64,000 nt of DNA from positions 64,001 through 128,000 of IMG/VR virus record IMGVR_UViG_3300021255_004000; one strand, given 5' to 3'. Shown here piece after piece: positions 25,919 to 36,189 of this stretch (within the stretch, counting starts at the first letter, position 1; the number at the start of each line of letters is the position of its first letter). The stretch comes from a virus (taxonomy: Duplodnaviria; Caudoviricetes). The translations under genes and the position numbers were made by a program. The notes under the pieces were generated by a model. That model was not told the DNA's origin. It did no database searches and worked only from the letters and a program-made list of their open reading frames with translations.

Positions 25919-26276
25919 TTATTGCTCTCCTTAGTGTGAAATATGTTTGTCTACATATTCAAGATTGAGATGATTTTCAACAACACCAACTTGAACATTC
26001 AAGAGGTCATTGTACAATGAATGCATTCTCAAACATCGTTCAATGCACTGCAATTCATTGTAGTCAAGCTTTTCTTGATTCTTTATTTTGTCAAAAAGTT
26101 TCTGCTCCCAATCACCCATTCAACAGCTCCTCAGCTCTCTCAACTGCTTTTGTATAACTTTTACTCTGATTAAGAGTTTCAACAATATGTTTTGGAAGAG
26201 CTTCATTTAACGCAAGAAGTACTCCTGCAAATAAAGCTCTGTCCTCAACAAGTTGAACAACATCATAGTCCATTGC

Positions 26277-27512
26277 TCACTCCTCAGTACCATCAGTCAT
26301 CTGCATACCCATAAGGTGCAAAGTATCACGGTACAGTGTTCTTGAGTTTTTACCCTTTTCAATGAAAGCATCAAAAAGTTCATCAGCTTTCTTTCCATAA
26401 AGTTGTTTGAACAAAGCAGCATCTTCTGGAAAATCTTCATTCACTGAAGTGTAGAACTCTTTCTTATCTGCATACTTTGCTGCGATTACTGTGTTGACAT
26501 ATTCAACTTTTTCTTCAAGCCATTTACGGTACAGCTGAACATTGTGAGAGATTTCCTCAACACGAGCTTTTACTTTTGGATCAGCAGCGCAAAGGTCATC
26601 AACTTCATTCATACAGTAATATTTGAACAAGCGGTTGTCACCGAAGTCTTCGCCTCTTGACTCAAACTTTACGCGAATGTAATCATCGATTTTGACTTTT
26701 ACACGGTTGAAATATTTATCACATACAACAACGCCTTCACCGTTATCTTTTACATTCCAACCTGCAAGTACATCAAGCATTTCCTTTGCGGATTTGAAGT
26801 TGTACATCTTTGGAGTTTCAAAAGGAAAATGGAATCTTTCTTTTGCTTCAGTGAAAGTTATTTCATCGCCACTTGGCATACGGAAACCAATAAGCCAAAG
26901 TTTTGCATCTTTTACCAAGTCAGTGTGAATTCTGTTCCAAGGTGACTCCAGTTCAAACATTGCTGTTGAACCTTCAGGCATTCTTTTTGCCCATTCACAA
27001 TCAGAGAAAAGGAAACCATCTGAGAAGAAAGCTGATGAAACGTCATTCTTTAATGCCCGCAAAAGAACATCAGACATATTGTTCAATCTTGGCAAGCCTG
27101 GGACATAATCAACAGGAGCGCCTTTCTCATTCTCAGTAATCACACGACCGTTTGACATCCAATAAACATTGCCGTGCCATTTGAACGCTTTGAAAATCCA
27201 GCCGTCACGCTTGTGGGAAACCCAAGCAGAATCCCAGTCAATGTCAGCAGCAACGCCTTCATCTTTGTAATTCCAAAACTTTGTGAATGGAGCACAGATG
27301 ATTTCACCTGTAGTTTTGTCAATTACAGTACCACGACACTGACACATTATATCAAAGATTTCCTTGTCATCAGGCATATCCATAAGATTGTACATAAGTA
27401 CAACCCAGTTGCGGCCTTCAACAGGATAAATGGATTTCATATTTGGTCTGAGGATTTCTTCCCAATTTGGATTTGATTTTACGAAGTTTTCAAGTTTCTC
27501 AAAGTGTTTCAT
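26277..27512 (-). CDS. T4 Rnl1-like RNA ligase
   Basis: CRG, PFTKFWN, KRDG (motif I), FEL, EGVVV, KVK. Confidence 0.85.
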   Translation of the reverse strand: MKHFEKLENFVKSNPNWEEILRPNMKSIYPVEGRNWVVLMYNLMDMPDDKEIFDIMCQCRGTVIDKTTGEIICAPFTKFWNYKDEGVAADIDWDSAWVSHKRDGWIFKAFKWHGNVYWMSNGRVITENEKGAPVDYVPGLPRLNNMSDVLLRALKNDVSSAFFSDGFLFSDCEWAKRMPEGSTAMFELESPWNRIHTDLVKDAKLWLIGFRMPSGDEITFTEAKERFHFPFETPKMYNFKSAKEMLDVLAGWNVKDNGEGVVVCDKYFNRVKVKIDDYIRVKFESRGEDFGDNRLFKYYCMNEVDDLCAADPKVKARVEEISHNVQLYRKWLEEKVEYVNTVIAAKYADKKEFYTSVNEDFPEDAALFKQLYGKKADELFDAFIEKGKNSRTLYRDTLHLMGMQMTDGTEE

Positions 27513-27534
27513 TTATGATACCTCCGTATAAATA

Positions 27535-27768
27535 TTAACAAACTTCTTTAAGGAAGTCGAACTTGATAAGATTTTTATAAGATGTTCCTGATGAACCTGA
27601 TCCTTTTGCAATTTTCAAAGGAAGTTCACCATTCTTGTGAATAATTGCATTTCCTTTAGGAGATTCTTCAACACCAAAAACTTCTCCTTCTTTAAGTTCA
27701 ATCGATGTAAACTTGCCTTCCTGACGGCCATAGATGATCCAATTTGAAGTTGTTTTGAATGTTTTCAT
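27535..27768 (-). CDS. hypothetical early protein
   Basis: AAGGAG RBS, downstream of early promoter. Confidence 0.6.
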   Translation of the reverse strand: MKTFKTTSNWIIYGRQEGKFTSIELKEGEVFGVEESPKGNAIIHKNGELPLKIAKGSGSSGTSYKNLIKFDFLKEVC

Positions 27769-28164
27769 AATTTGCTCCTTTATCTGATTTACAAAAATAA
27801 TATAAAAGATTTACATTAAAAGTTCAAAAATTATAATAAATTATCCTTGTATTCTTATTATTATATTGTCCCATATAGCTAAAAAAGTCATTTTGACATT
27901 TTCTGTCAATCTGTCAACCATTTCTTTTTTGCCCATTTTTTGCCTTCTTCTATTGAGTTGACAATTTTTGTGTCAATTAAGTTTGCGCCGCCCATAACCC
28001 ATACTTCATATTTAGGACTGTTCTTTCTTTGACAAATTGAAATAATAAAGCCATCATCTTCTTCCCAATACCAAGCTTTCAACTTTTTATCATATTCCCA
28101 CATATCTTTTCCCATAAAAAAACCCGAGAATTAAATCTCGGGTTCTCGATCTATTTACTGTCAA

Positions 28165-30066
28165 TTACTCAACAAGTTTAATAAGGTCGTTTTTGCTCAT
28201 CTGAGTAAGGTCAATGTCAGGCTCATCTTCAACAAACTCAAAACCTGCGGCAGCAAGTAAGTCGTTCAACTTGATGTAGCTGTTTGCTTTTACCTTGCCC
28301 TGTGCTTCAATAATTTTCATCATTGAAACAGAAGGCACTCGTGCAGCACCAGCTTCCATATCTGACATAAAGATTTTGCCATCTTCAATTTTTGCAACAA
28401 CCTTTTGACCATAAGTATCGTGCTGAAGTTCTGCTTCAAACACAATCTTGTTTGGGTCAACCATCGCGTCTTTAGCGCTATATCTGCGGTTCATTCTGTC
28501 CATATTTGCTTTGTCTGGGTCAACAGCAACGAAAAGTTTGAACTTTGAATGCTCATCTCCTGAGAACTTGTTGATTGAAATTACACCATCAGGAGCGCCC
28601 TTTCCGATGTAAATACATTCGGCAGCTTCAGGATTTGCGCTTGTCATATCACCAGAGTAGATGATCTTGCCATACTTACCACCGTGATAGTCGCCGTTCC
28701 AACCATAATGCTGGCCTGTCTTGCTGACATAATGAAGGTCATAGTCTCTTACGCCCCATTCATCACGCCAGTAAATGCCGAATACATTGTCCTTCTCTGC
28801 GAGAGGAATTGCAGTACCCATAGGATAGTTGCCAACAAAGTTCTTTTCAGAAGTTGGAATTGTCAACTCAAGACCCTTAGGAAGTTTGATTCTTGTTGGT
28901 CTTTCGAGAACAACATCATTTCCTTCAGCATCTTTTGTTGTAACCTTTGTGATGGCTTTCTTTGCCAAGTTGTTGATGTATGAGTCCTTAAGGATTGCAT
29001 ACAACTCAGCAAGGTACTTTTCATCACAAGAAGCCTGATAACCTTCGCGAACGAAAGTCTTTCCGTTTCTGATTACAAACATACGGCCTTTAACATCCTG
29101 ACCGTTCACGCGTTCCATAATGCCCTGCATAAGCTGACCTTTCTTGAAGGCAGTCAAAGAATCAACTTTTTCTGCTGCTTCTTTAAGATAAGCGTCCTGC
29201 TGACCTTCAGGATTGAAACATCTTTCCCAGAAACCAATCTTCATTGGCTTGTGGTTCTTAACAGCCAACTTACGAATGTGGTTGATTGTTGTATGTGTTT
29301 CAGCGCATTTCATTGCAAGAATAAGCGGCTTGTAACGATAGAAGATAGTTGACAGAGCAACATCTCTTTCGCTCAAGATCTTGTTCAAGTCTTTCTTCTG
29401 CTTTGCAGGCAATGCAGCAACCAAGCTTTTGATACGAGCGATTGACTCTCTTGACTTAACAAGCATTGCTGTGTCCTGTGTCAAAAGATACATAACAACA
29501 CGCAATACTGAAATTGGCTGCTTAGGGTATGCGCCCATCTGAACAGCGAAGATAGCCTGAGCTTCTTTGTTTGCAATTTCATCAACATCAACTTTGTTCA
29601 AGAAGTCATAATCTTTGATGTAGTCCATCAAAAGCTGAAGTGTCTTTTCGTTGATTGCAATGCCTGACTTCAACATTCCGTAGCACTCTTCGAAGATTTC
29701 ATCTTCTGTTGCAGGAAGAATGACTTTGTACTTTTTGTACTCGATTACAGGCGGTTCATCGTTCGGAACATAGCCGTTGCCTTCCTGAGTATGGCCTGTA
29801 CCATAAGTTGAAGCATAATGCATCCACTGGTCAAAAGCGAGCTCGAGGCGATCCTTTGATACAACATCTTCAAATGTTTTGTAGAAAGTTGAGTTTGGAT
29901 TGTAAGTCTCATTCTCGAGAAACTTTACAATTTCTTTGCTTCCGCAGCAATCTGGGTGGACAAGGTAACCTGCCTTCATAGCCTTTTCGTTTACTGCTTT
30001 GAATGTTGCAAGGTCACAAGTACAAGAAGGAGCTTTGTTAAAAAGCTGAATAAGTTTCCAGTTCAT
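28165..30066 (-). CDS. large helical protein with C-terminal TerD-like domain (candidate Ro/Rot-like RNA-binding protein)
   Basis: GIYW...DYDLH...GWN...YSGDMTSA...AAECIY resembles TerD-type motifs; carrier-stem RNAs lie directly upstream. Confidence 0.55.
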   Translation of the reverse strand: MNWKLIQLFNKAPSCTCDLATFKAVNEKAMKAGYLVHPDCCGSKEIVKFLENETYNPNSTFYKTFEDVVSKDRLELAFDQWMHYASTYGTGHTQEGNGYVPNDEPPVIEYKKYKVILPATEDEIFEECYGMLKSGIAINEKTLQLLMDYIKDYDFLNKVDVDEIANKEAQAIFAVQMGAYPKQPISVLRVVMYLLTQDTAMLVKSRESIARIKSLVAALPAKQKKDLNKILSERDVALSTIFYRYKPLILAMKCAETHTTINHIRKLAVKNHKPMKIGFWERCFNPEGQQDAYLKEAAEKVDSLTAFKKGQLMQGIMERVNGQDVKGRMFVIRNGKTFVREGYQASCDEKYLAELYAILKDSYINNLAKKAITKVTTKDAEGNDVVLERPTRIKLPKGLELTIPTSEKNFVGNYPMGTAIPLAEKDNVFGIYWRDEWGVRDYDLHYVSKTGQHYGWNGDYHGGKYGKIIYSGDMTSANPEAAECIYIGKGAPDGVISINKFSGDEHSKFKLFVAVDPDKANMDRMNRRYSAKDAMVDPNKIVFEAELQHDTYGQKVVAKIEDGKIFMSDMEAGAARVPSVSMMKIIEAQGKVKANSYIKLNDLLAAAGFEFVEDEPDIDLTQMSKNDLIKLVE

Positions 30067-30088
30067 TTAAGAACCTCTTAAAAAGTAA

Positions 30089-30145
30089 CAGGCGGGTTGT
30101 AATTTGAAAAACTTTCATATTCCTTGTTAGGAACAACCGTTGCCT
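30089..30145 (-). ncRNA. carrier-stem RNA copy 5
   Basis: GGCAACGGTTGTTCCTAAC...TACAACCCGCC. Confidence 0.65.
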
Positions 30146-30152
30146 TAAATAG

Positions 30153-30359
30153 TGGAATGGGAAGGAGTCGAACCTCCCTAGACAATACATTACTGTACCG
30201 TCTTAATTTCGTGCAGCATCTGATTACTGATGTGAGGTCTTTGCAGTCTTACCTATCAGCCTTTCATAGCAACACCCGACCCTTAGCTTGCTTTCAGTGG
30301 CCTGCATACCCCCTAATAACAAACCCAATCGGAATGCCCAAAGTCTTACTCTGGATTCC
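30153..30359 (-). ncRNA. ~205-nt RNA ending in a tRNA-like T arm/acceptor
   Basis: GGAGG-TTCGACT-CCTTC plus GGAAT/ATTCC terminal pairing. Confidence 0.4.
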
Positions 30360-30403
30360 ACTTTTAGCTAGAAGATACTTGTTCGCGGCCAACGAACTTC
30401 TCT

Positions 30404-30757
30404 CTAGTCCCGTTCACTCCATAATATTTTTGCGTTTCCCCAACTTCCAACCTGAACAGTCTCTAACTGTTCAACTTTGAAAGGAGCAGTGGCCGAACCA
30501 ACTCTGGAAACAACAAGTTCAAAGTTTTTGTATTTTGTTTTAAGACTTTTTGTTATAAGCTTTTTTACATTGTTGTAAAGTTTCTGATTGTAGTCATTCT
30601 TTCTGCCTTTGTTAAGCATTGTGTAATGAACAACAGCAGTTTTCTCTTTTGAAAGGTCTGGGATTCTCAAGTCAGGTCGTTTCCCGGGCTTAAGTTCAAC
30701 ACCGTAGATTTCGCCGTTATAATTGCAGCTTACAACCCAATGATTCTGTAGAATCAT
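30404..30757 (-). CDS. hypothetical protein
   Basis: GGAGG RBS before MILQNH. Confidence 0.55.
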   Translation of the reverse strand: MILQNHWVVSCNYNGEIYGVELKPGKRPDLRIPDLSKEKTAVVHYTMLNKGRKNDYNQKLYNNVKKLITKSLKTKYKNFELVVSRVGSATAPFKVEQLETVQVGSWGNAKILWSERD

Positions 30758-30785
30758 AAAAACCTCCAAAAGATAATGTTTAGCA

Positions 30786-30916
30786 GAGCGGGAATTATTG
30801 AAACCCGTCCTCGGCGGCTTCTCCCCAGCTAGGGAAAGTGTAGCAATCCACTCGCATCCTAAGATGCCCTAGCACTGAAGTATAATTTGCGTTAAGATAG
30901 GAACATTCCTATGCTC
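30786..30916 (-). ncRNA. carrier-stem RNA copy 6 with multibranch insert
   Basis: GAGCATAGGAATGTTCCTATC...ATAATTCCCGCTC. Confidence 0.6.
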
Positions 30917-30927
30917 AGTAAACATGG

Positions 30928-30979
30928 TCGGCGAGAAGTAAAACAAATCCCGATTGTAAATAGGAACCTCTTATGCCGA
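30928..30979 (-). ncRNA. carrier-stem RNA copy 7 (minimal)
   Basis: TCGGCATAAGAGGTTCCTATT...TACTTCTCGCCGA. Confidence 0.65.
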
Positions 30980-31266
30980 TATTTTATTTAGTTTTAATTG
31001 TCAAAAAGTAACCTACTTTTCAACAAGTGAAACTCTCTGTTTGTGGGCGTCAAAAGTAACAATTAAGTTTGAGTTGGCAACATCATCCTCAATGTCGATT
31101 GGCGTTCCTGCAGCAGTTGAAAGAACCATAATTGTCAAAAGATCTTCAACATCTTTCTTGAGCTCCTGTCGAACCCAACGATTTCCGTTCTTGCGAACCC
31201 AGAAAACTGGACCATCAGAAGTGTTCTCAACTTCAACTTTATATTTATCCATCAAGGTCCTCCAAA

Positions 31267-31560
31267 TTAACGGTAGTTTTTTGCAATCTCAATAGCAACA
31301 TTCATTGCATTTATATCGACAAACCAATCCTGTCCTAAGTCAAGACAGAGCGGAACACCGTGTTCGAACTCAGCGATTGAGTCGATTCCATAAGAATATG
31401 TAGGCTGTCCTTTGTCCCAATCACTGCCATCATTCTTTGCATATTTGCGGTCGATGAAAAGAATTGTCTTTCCATAGCCCCAACAAGCTTCGTCCTGAAC
31501 GCGGATTCCCCAGCGCGGTGTACAAGGAATGAAGTTTTCAATGATTGTTGGTTCTGCCAT
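31267..31560 (-). CDS. hypothetical early protein
   Basis: AGGAGG RBS, downstream of early promoter. Confidence 0.6.
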   Translation of the reverse strand: MAEPTIIENFIPCTPRWGIRVQDEACWGYGKTILFIDRKYAKNDGSDWDKGQPTYSYGIDSIAEFEHGVPLCLDLGQDWFVDINAMNVAIEIAKNYR

Positions 31561-31873
31561 AATTTATTCCTCCTTTACGGCGTTTTACAGTAATAATATA
31601 AAAGACGCCGTTAAGAAGTTCAATTTTCAAAAGCAGAAATTGATAATTTTTTCAACAAAATCCATTCCTCTACTTCAATTCGCCAAAATCCTGATAAGTC
31701 ACGATCTCTTGGACAGTCAAGATTCATATAAAACTTTTTCGTATCAGTACGATAATAAACGATTTGGAACTCAGTCTTTCCTGTGATAGAAGTACCAAGT
31801 ATCAAATACATTCCTGTTTCAGGCGGCTCTGTACAAGACATAGAATTGGGAACTTTTTCGTTTTCAAAAACGC

Positions 31874-32365
31874 TTAATTCCATTCGCTTTCATCCGATAA
31901 TTCAACAGCTTCCACAAGATTATTTGCTGCGTGAACGAGACATTCAGCATCATATGTTCTTGTTTTTGCACGCATAATTTGTTCAATCAACTTTCTTACA
32001 GCAGGTTTAATTGACTCAGGCTTATCGAAAGCAAACTCTTCTGCAACCAATGTTGTAATTGTCTTGAAGTATGCGTCTTCATCAACTTCTTCAATCTTGT
32101 AATCGTAGAAGCGTTTTGTGAAGTCCTTCATATACCAAACAATCTTTCGAGTATCTTCTGCAGCTTTCTCTTTTCTCGAGAGTCCTTCTTCTGCTTTTGA
32201 ACCGAAACGATAACAATACTTTAACTGACCTGCATCAAGTGCAAGAATGCCAGGGAAGCCTCTTGTAATAACTTCAAGCAATTCAATACACTCAGGATGT
32301 ACTCGATTGTCATTGACTTTCTTCTCGTAATAAGAAGGATGATTTACTCTTGTATCTTCGTTCAT
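31874..32365 (-). CDS. DUF3310-like phage protein
   Basis: VNHPSYY...ECIE...KY..R.G.K...ED..K..WY. Confidence 0.7.
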   Translation of the reverse strand: MNEDTRVNHPSYYEKKVNDNRVHPECIELLEVITRGFPGILALDAGQLKYCYRFGSKAEEGLSRKEKAAEDTRKIVWYMKDFTKRFYDYKIEEVDEDAYFKTITTLVAEEFAFDKPESIKPAVRKLIEQIMRAKTRTYDAECLVHAANNLVEAVELSDESEWN

Positions 32366-32878
32366 TTATACTTCCTCCTCAAACTGCGCTCCGCAGCCTG
32401 GACATTTTGTAAATATTAAAGGCGAAGTAGTTCCACAATTTGGACATCTAGCCTGTGGGATTCCTTCGATAATTGTTAAGTGTTTAAGCTTTTTCTGATG
32501 AGCATCATCAACTTCTTTTTTATTAAAAATGTAATGGTCGAGATCTTCATCAGAACAAGTGAAGTTTGCTTCTACTTCATCTACATTCTTAAAGATTTCT
32601 TCAACTTTATCAATTCCACCAAAAGGCTCACACATATCACCAAGTTGCTTATTAAGCCTTTCAAGAGTTTTTACAGTTTCTTCGATCTCCTTTTTCTTAT
32701 CGTGAATTACATTCCACCAATAAGCGGACATTCCATAAGACTGCATAACAAGTTCAGACTCCTGAGAAGCGAGATGATCGTGAGCCATCTTACGAAGCTC
32801 AATTTTCATCTTCTCATTTAAGTCTGCGAATTCATCTTCACTTGTCTGGCGCGGCGTCACATTTAATCTCTGTGGCAT
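32366..32878 (-). CDS. hypothetical protein with C-terminal double zinc ribbon
   Basis: CPNCG...CPGCG. Confidence 0.6.
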   Translation of the reverse strand: MPQRLNVTPRQTSEDEFADLNEKMKIELRKMAHDHLASQESELVMQSYGMSAYWWNVIHDKKKEIEETVKTLERLNKQLGDMCEPFGGIDKVEEIFKNVDEVEANFTCSDEDLDHYIFNKKEVDDAHQKKLKHLTIIEGIPQARCPNCGTTSPLIFTKCPGCGAQFEEEV

Positions 32879-33236
32879 TTATCTCTTCCTCAGAAAGTCC
32901 AAAGGATTTTCCTATTTCATTCCAATCAATTCTTGTTTCTTCAGGGAAACAACAGTTTGGCCAAGAAGCGTCGTCGATGTAAACATTTGCAACAATTTTC
33001 TGTGAGCCTGTTGTGTATGGTGCGCAGTTTACATAGTTGGGAGTAAATCCTTGTGCTTTCAAATTAGACAACGCATTAGCAAGAGATTCTCCGTAACGGC
33101 AAGTCCATAGGCAAATATCATTGCCTCTTGCCTGTAAGGCCTTCAAAACATTGATAGCATTCTCTCTAAAAGGCCCTACATCAGGGTACATATTTCGCTG
33201 TGTTATAGTTCCATCAAAATCAACTGCGATTGTCAT
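32838..33236 (-). CDS. HAD-family phosphatase
   Basis: AVDFDGT, WTCR, YIDD. Confidence 0.85.
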   Translation of the reverse strand: MTIAVDFDGTITQRNMYPDVGPFRENAINVLKALQARGNDICLWTCRYGESLANALSNLKAQGFTPNYVNCAPYTTGSQKIVANVYIDDASWPNCCFPEETRIDWNEIGKSFGLSEEEINATEIKCDAAPDK

Positions 33237-33245
33237 ACAATAATA

Positions 33246-33959
33246 TTAACCAAAAATGCCATACTTCAGCGGCTGACCATTTGCTTTGCGAATAATCGTA
33301 CAACTGAGTTTGTCAACTTTACTGTAGTCTGCAATTAAAAGTTTGCAATCAGTGATCCCACAGATCATTGAGATTTGAGTACCGTAAGCAACAAGGTCGC
33401 CTATTTCATAAGTGTTGCCAAACTCATCAGTTGAGTCTTTTACATCATTCTTTCTTGGCGAAATTACATTAAGTTCTTCTTTCTTAGGATGCGCCCAAAA
33501 CATTCCTCTACCAATGTTATTGACAATATCAGCAGCATCCAACATTGCTTTTGATACATTTGCAAAGTCATCATCAACAGCAACATAATAAGCATTACTT
33601 CCAAAGTACTCATCATCATTGTGTTTCAAAACTTTATAGACTTCTTTTGTTATGAACATTTCAATAAGAGCATATACACTTTTCTCACGAGAAGGACGAT
33701 CTTTCTGCATTTCATAGCTATCATATCCGTCATAAAGTTTATGAGCATCTGCATCATCAAGTAATGACCAAAGTTCATCAACTGCACGAACAAACTCATC
33801 AGGTAGTTTGTCATCATCTGTATAGCACAGCCAATCTTTTACTCTTTGGCCATAGTCAAGTTCATAAAGATTAACTTTCTTGTTGTACTTTGTTGCAAGG
33901 TACTGAGCATAGCCTTCTCCATTTATTAAGCCATCTCTAGACCAACCTTTTATAAACAT
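33246..33959 (-). CDS. hypothetical protein, paralog 1
   Basis: C-terminal DEFGNTYEIGDLV motif. Confidence 0.65.
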   Translation of the reverse strand: MFIKGWSRDGLINGEGYAQYLATKYNKKVNLYELDYGQRVKDWLCYTDDDKLPDEFVRAVDELWSLLDDADAHKLYDGYDSYEMQKDRPSREKSVYALIEMFITKEVYKVLKHNDDEYFGSNAYYVAVDDDFANVSKAMLDAADIVNNIGRGMFWAHPKKEELNVISPRKNDVKDSTDEFGNTYEIGDLVAYGTQISMICGITDCKLLIADYSKVDKLSCTIIRKANGQPLKYGIFG

Positions 33960-33969
33960 TTCTTACCTC

Positions 33970-34674
33970 TTAATACGCGATGTTTGCTGGAGTTCCGTTT
34001 CCTTTTTTGATAACAAACACACTTTCAGGAGAACAGTTTCCGCCGCTCAACAGTACCAGCGACTTTTCTGTTGTTCCGATAATTACATCAGCAAAAGTTC
34101 CTGTAGTTCCTACTCTGCTTCTTGCAACAAAGTCTCCTACTTCAAACTTGTTTCCATAATGGTCATAAGCAAACTTGTTTGCAAGAGGCTCTGTTTTAGG
34201 AATACCTGCACTTGTCTTACTCTCCATTTTAATGAAAACATCTTTTCCTGTGATACATTTGATTTCTTTCAAAATCTCACCGAAGTATGTAAGGAAGTCA
34301 GGCCACTTGTCGTCATCATCAAGATACACATTGTACTCGCAACCCCACTCATTGTCAAATGCATCGCAGTTTTCTCTTCCTGTTTCAGGAAATCTTTCCA
34401 AACGCTGACGAATAAAAATCCCCAAACATTCCCAGGCAACTTCTCCTGAAGGAGTACGATATTCCCCGATTTCATTTTTGTTGAAGTTCTTAATGCCTTC
34501 AACTTCAATAGATGAAAGCTTTGGGTCAAGCGGATTCAAGGCCTGAACAAGTTCAAAGAACTCATTGTTCCTTGCATCATATTCAATTCGGACTGAATGA
34601 TAAACTGTCTTCTTCTTTTTGATAGCGGCCTGCATACGGGCCCAGCCTTTGCAAGTGTTTTTAAGCTTGAACAT
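33970..34674 (-). CDS. hypothetical protein, paralog 2
   Basis: C-terminal DHYGNKFEVGDFV motif; GGAGG RBS before MFKLKN. Confidence 0.65.
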   Translation of the reverse strand: MFKLKNTCKGWARMQAAIKKKKTVYHSVRIEYDARNNEFFELVQALNPLDPKLSSIEVEGIKNFNKNEIGEYRTPSGEVAWECLGIFIRQRLERFPETGRENCDAFDNEWGCEYNVYLDDDDKWPDFLTYFGEILKEIKCITGKDVFIKMESKTSAGIPKTEPLANKFAYDHYGNKFEVGDFVARSRVGTTGTFADVIIGTTEKSLVLLSGGNCSPESVFVIKKGNGTPANIAY

Positions 34675-35434
34675 CAAAGTCCTCCGGTGTTTTAAGCGGT
34701 TCTCCACCGTTTGTGTTTGCAGGATGTTTTTTAACAACATATCCATATCCGTAATTGTTGAGGCAACGCCAAGATGCTTTGTTGAAGCCAACAAAAATAT
34801 CGGCTCCGCCTTCAGTAAGGATTACTGTATCACCAGGCTCAGGAATGTTTCCAAGGATATCTCTTTCGAGATGATCTTCGCCAGCAGGGGTTGTTGAATA
34901 CTTTACACTTTTAAGTTTGAAGTTTGTACTGACATTTGAGTTGATGTTGTACTTTTCAAGTATCTTGTCAAACTCGGCCTTTACATCAATCTTTTCGATG
35001 TCTTTGCACCAGAGTTCAAAGACGATTTCATTTCCATATTCAAATTCACCTGATGCGCGGTTGTACTTCTGTTTTACATCAACAATGTGGAAAGCCCATT
35101 CTTCAGGACGTTCATAGAAGAACAGACGAGCAATCTTTCTGACAGATGTTCCAAATCGTCTTGCTATTGCAGCATCTTCTGATTTTTCATAGCTGTTAGG
35201 ACCGAAATTTTTGATGTCATAGTCGCAAGGTTCATCGCTGTCTTCTTTTGTAATTGCATAAATGCGAGCTTGAACATCAGTATAAATGTCTGTGGCTTTT
35301 TCTTTTGAGATCGGAACTTCTGAGAAGACGTGAAGTTCTCCCATTTTTACTGCTTGGTCATTGTTATAACAATGGCTCAACAATTTAATGAAGTCCTTAA
35401 TCGAACCCCAGTTTCTTTGATAATTCTTAATCAT
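34661..35434 (-). CDS. hypothetical protein, paralog 3
   Basis: C-terminal DILGNIPEPGDTV motif. Confidence 0.6.
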   Translation of the reverse strand: MIKNYQRNWGSIKDFIKLLSHCYNNDQAVKMGELHVFSEVPISKEKATDIYTDVQARIYAITKEDSDEPCDYDIKNFGPNSYEKSEDAAIARRFGTSVRKIARLFFYERPEEWAFHIVDVKQKYNRASGEFEYGNEIVFELWCKDIEKIDVKAEFDKILEKYNINSNVSTNFKLKSVKYSTTPAGEDHLERDILGNIPEPGDTVILTEGGADIFVGFNKASWRCLNNYGYGYVVKKHPANTNGGEPLKTPEDFDVQA

Positions 35435-35717
35435 TAGGCATTCCCTTTTCGATTTTATTGTATTTATTTGCAACTCTTGTCAAGAAAGAGTCCATAGATT
35501 CGCCGTCTCTCTGAACAACCTGAAAGATTGCGCCAACCTGAGGAAGAACAATATCAGCACGGTCAAATGTTCGATCTTTAGGCTCGACATAATTGCCGAT
35601 TTCGTCAACTTCAAAAAACTCAAACTCGATGTCAATACGAGAATCAGAAGTTTTCATCTGATAATCAGTGAAGTCTGTGCGTGAATCAAGCCATTTCTGT
35701 ATCATTTTTCCTGTCAT
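35427..35717 (-). CDS. hypothetical early protein
   Basis: AAGGAG RBS, downstream of early promoter. Confidence 0.6.
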   Translation of the reverse strand: MTGKMIQKWLDSRTDFTDYQMKTSDSRIDIEFEFFEVDEIGNYVEPKDRTFDRADIVLPQVGAIFQVVQRDGESMDSFLTRVANKYNKIEKGMPND

Positions 35718-36189
35718 AATTTGCTCCTTTTCAGTGGTTTACAGATATAATATAAAAGACTATTCAATAAAGTTCAATTTTATATCAGAAAATTTGTGTC
35801 TTCTTCTGTGTGCAAGATACATAAAGTTCTCACAATCGTCCATACTTTCACAGTCTTTGATAATATCATAAGAGCTCATTTTCTTAATGTCTTTCAAACA
35901 AACACTTTCTTGATAAACAATCAACAACATTGCTAATGACTTAAGAAACAAACGACGTTGACTATCAGAAACAAAGCCATTCCAGTGATATGAGTCATCT
36001 TTCCAAGGAGTATGAGAAATCCACATATCAATATCAACAACACTATCATTTGTTTCAGTTATATCATAAACAACATTACAATTCATAATTATAAATAATA
36101 CTCCTTATTTCTTATATTTATTATTGTCCCATATAGCTAAAAAACTCGAGTTTGAAAAATTAAAGGCAACTTTTCGTTGCCTTTTTATA

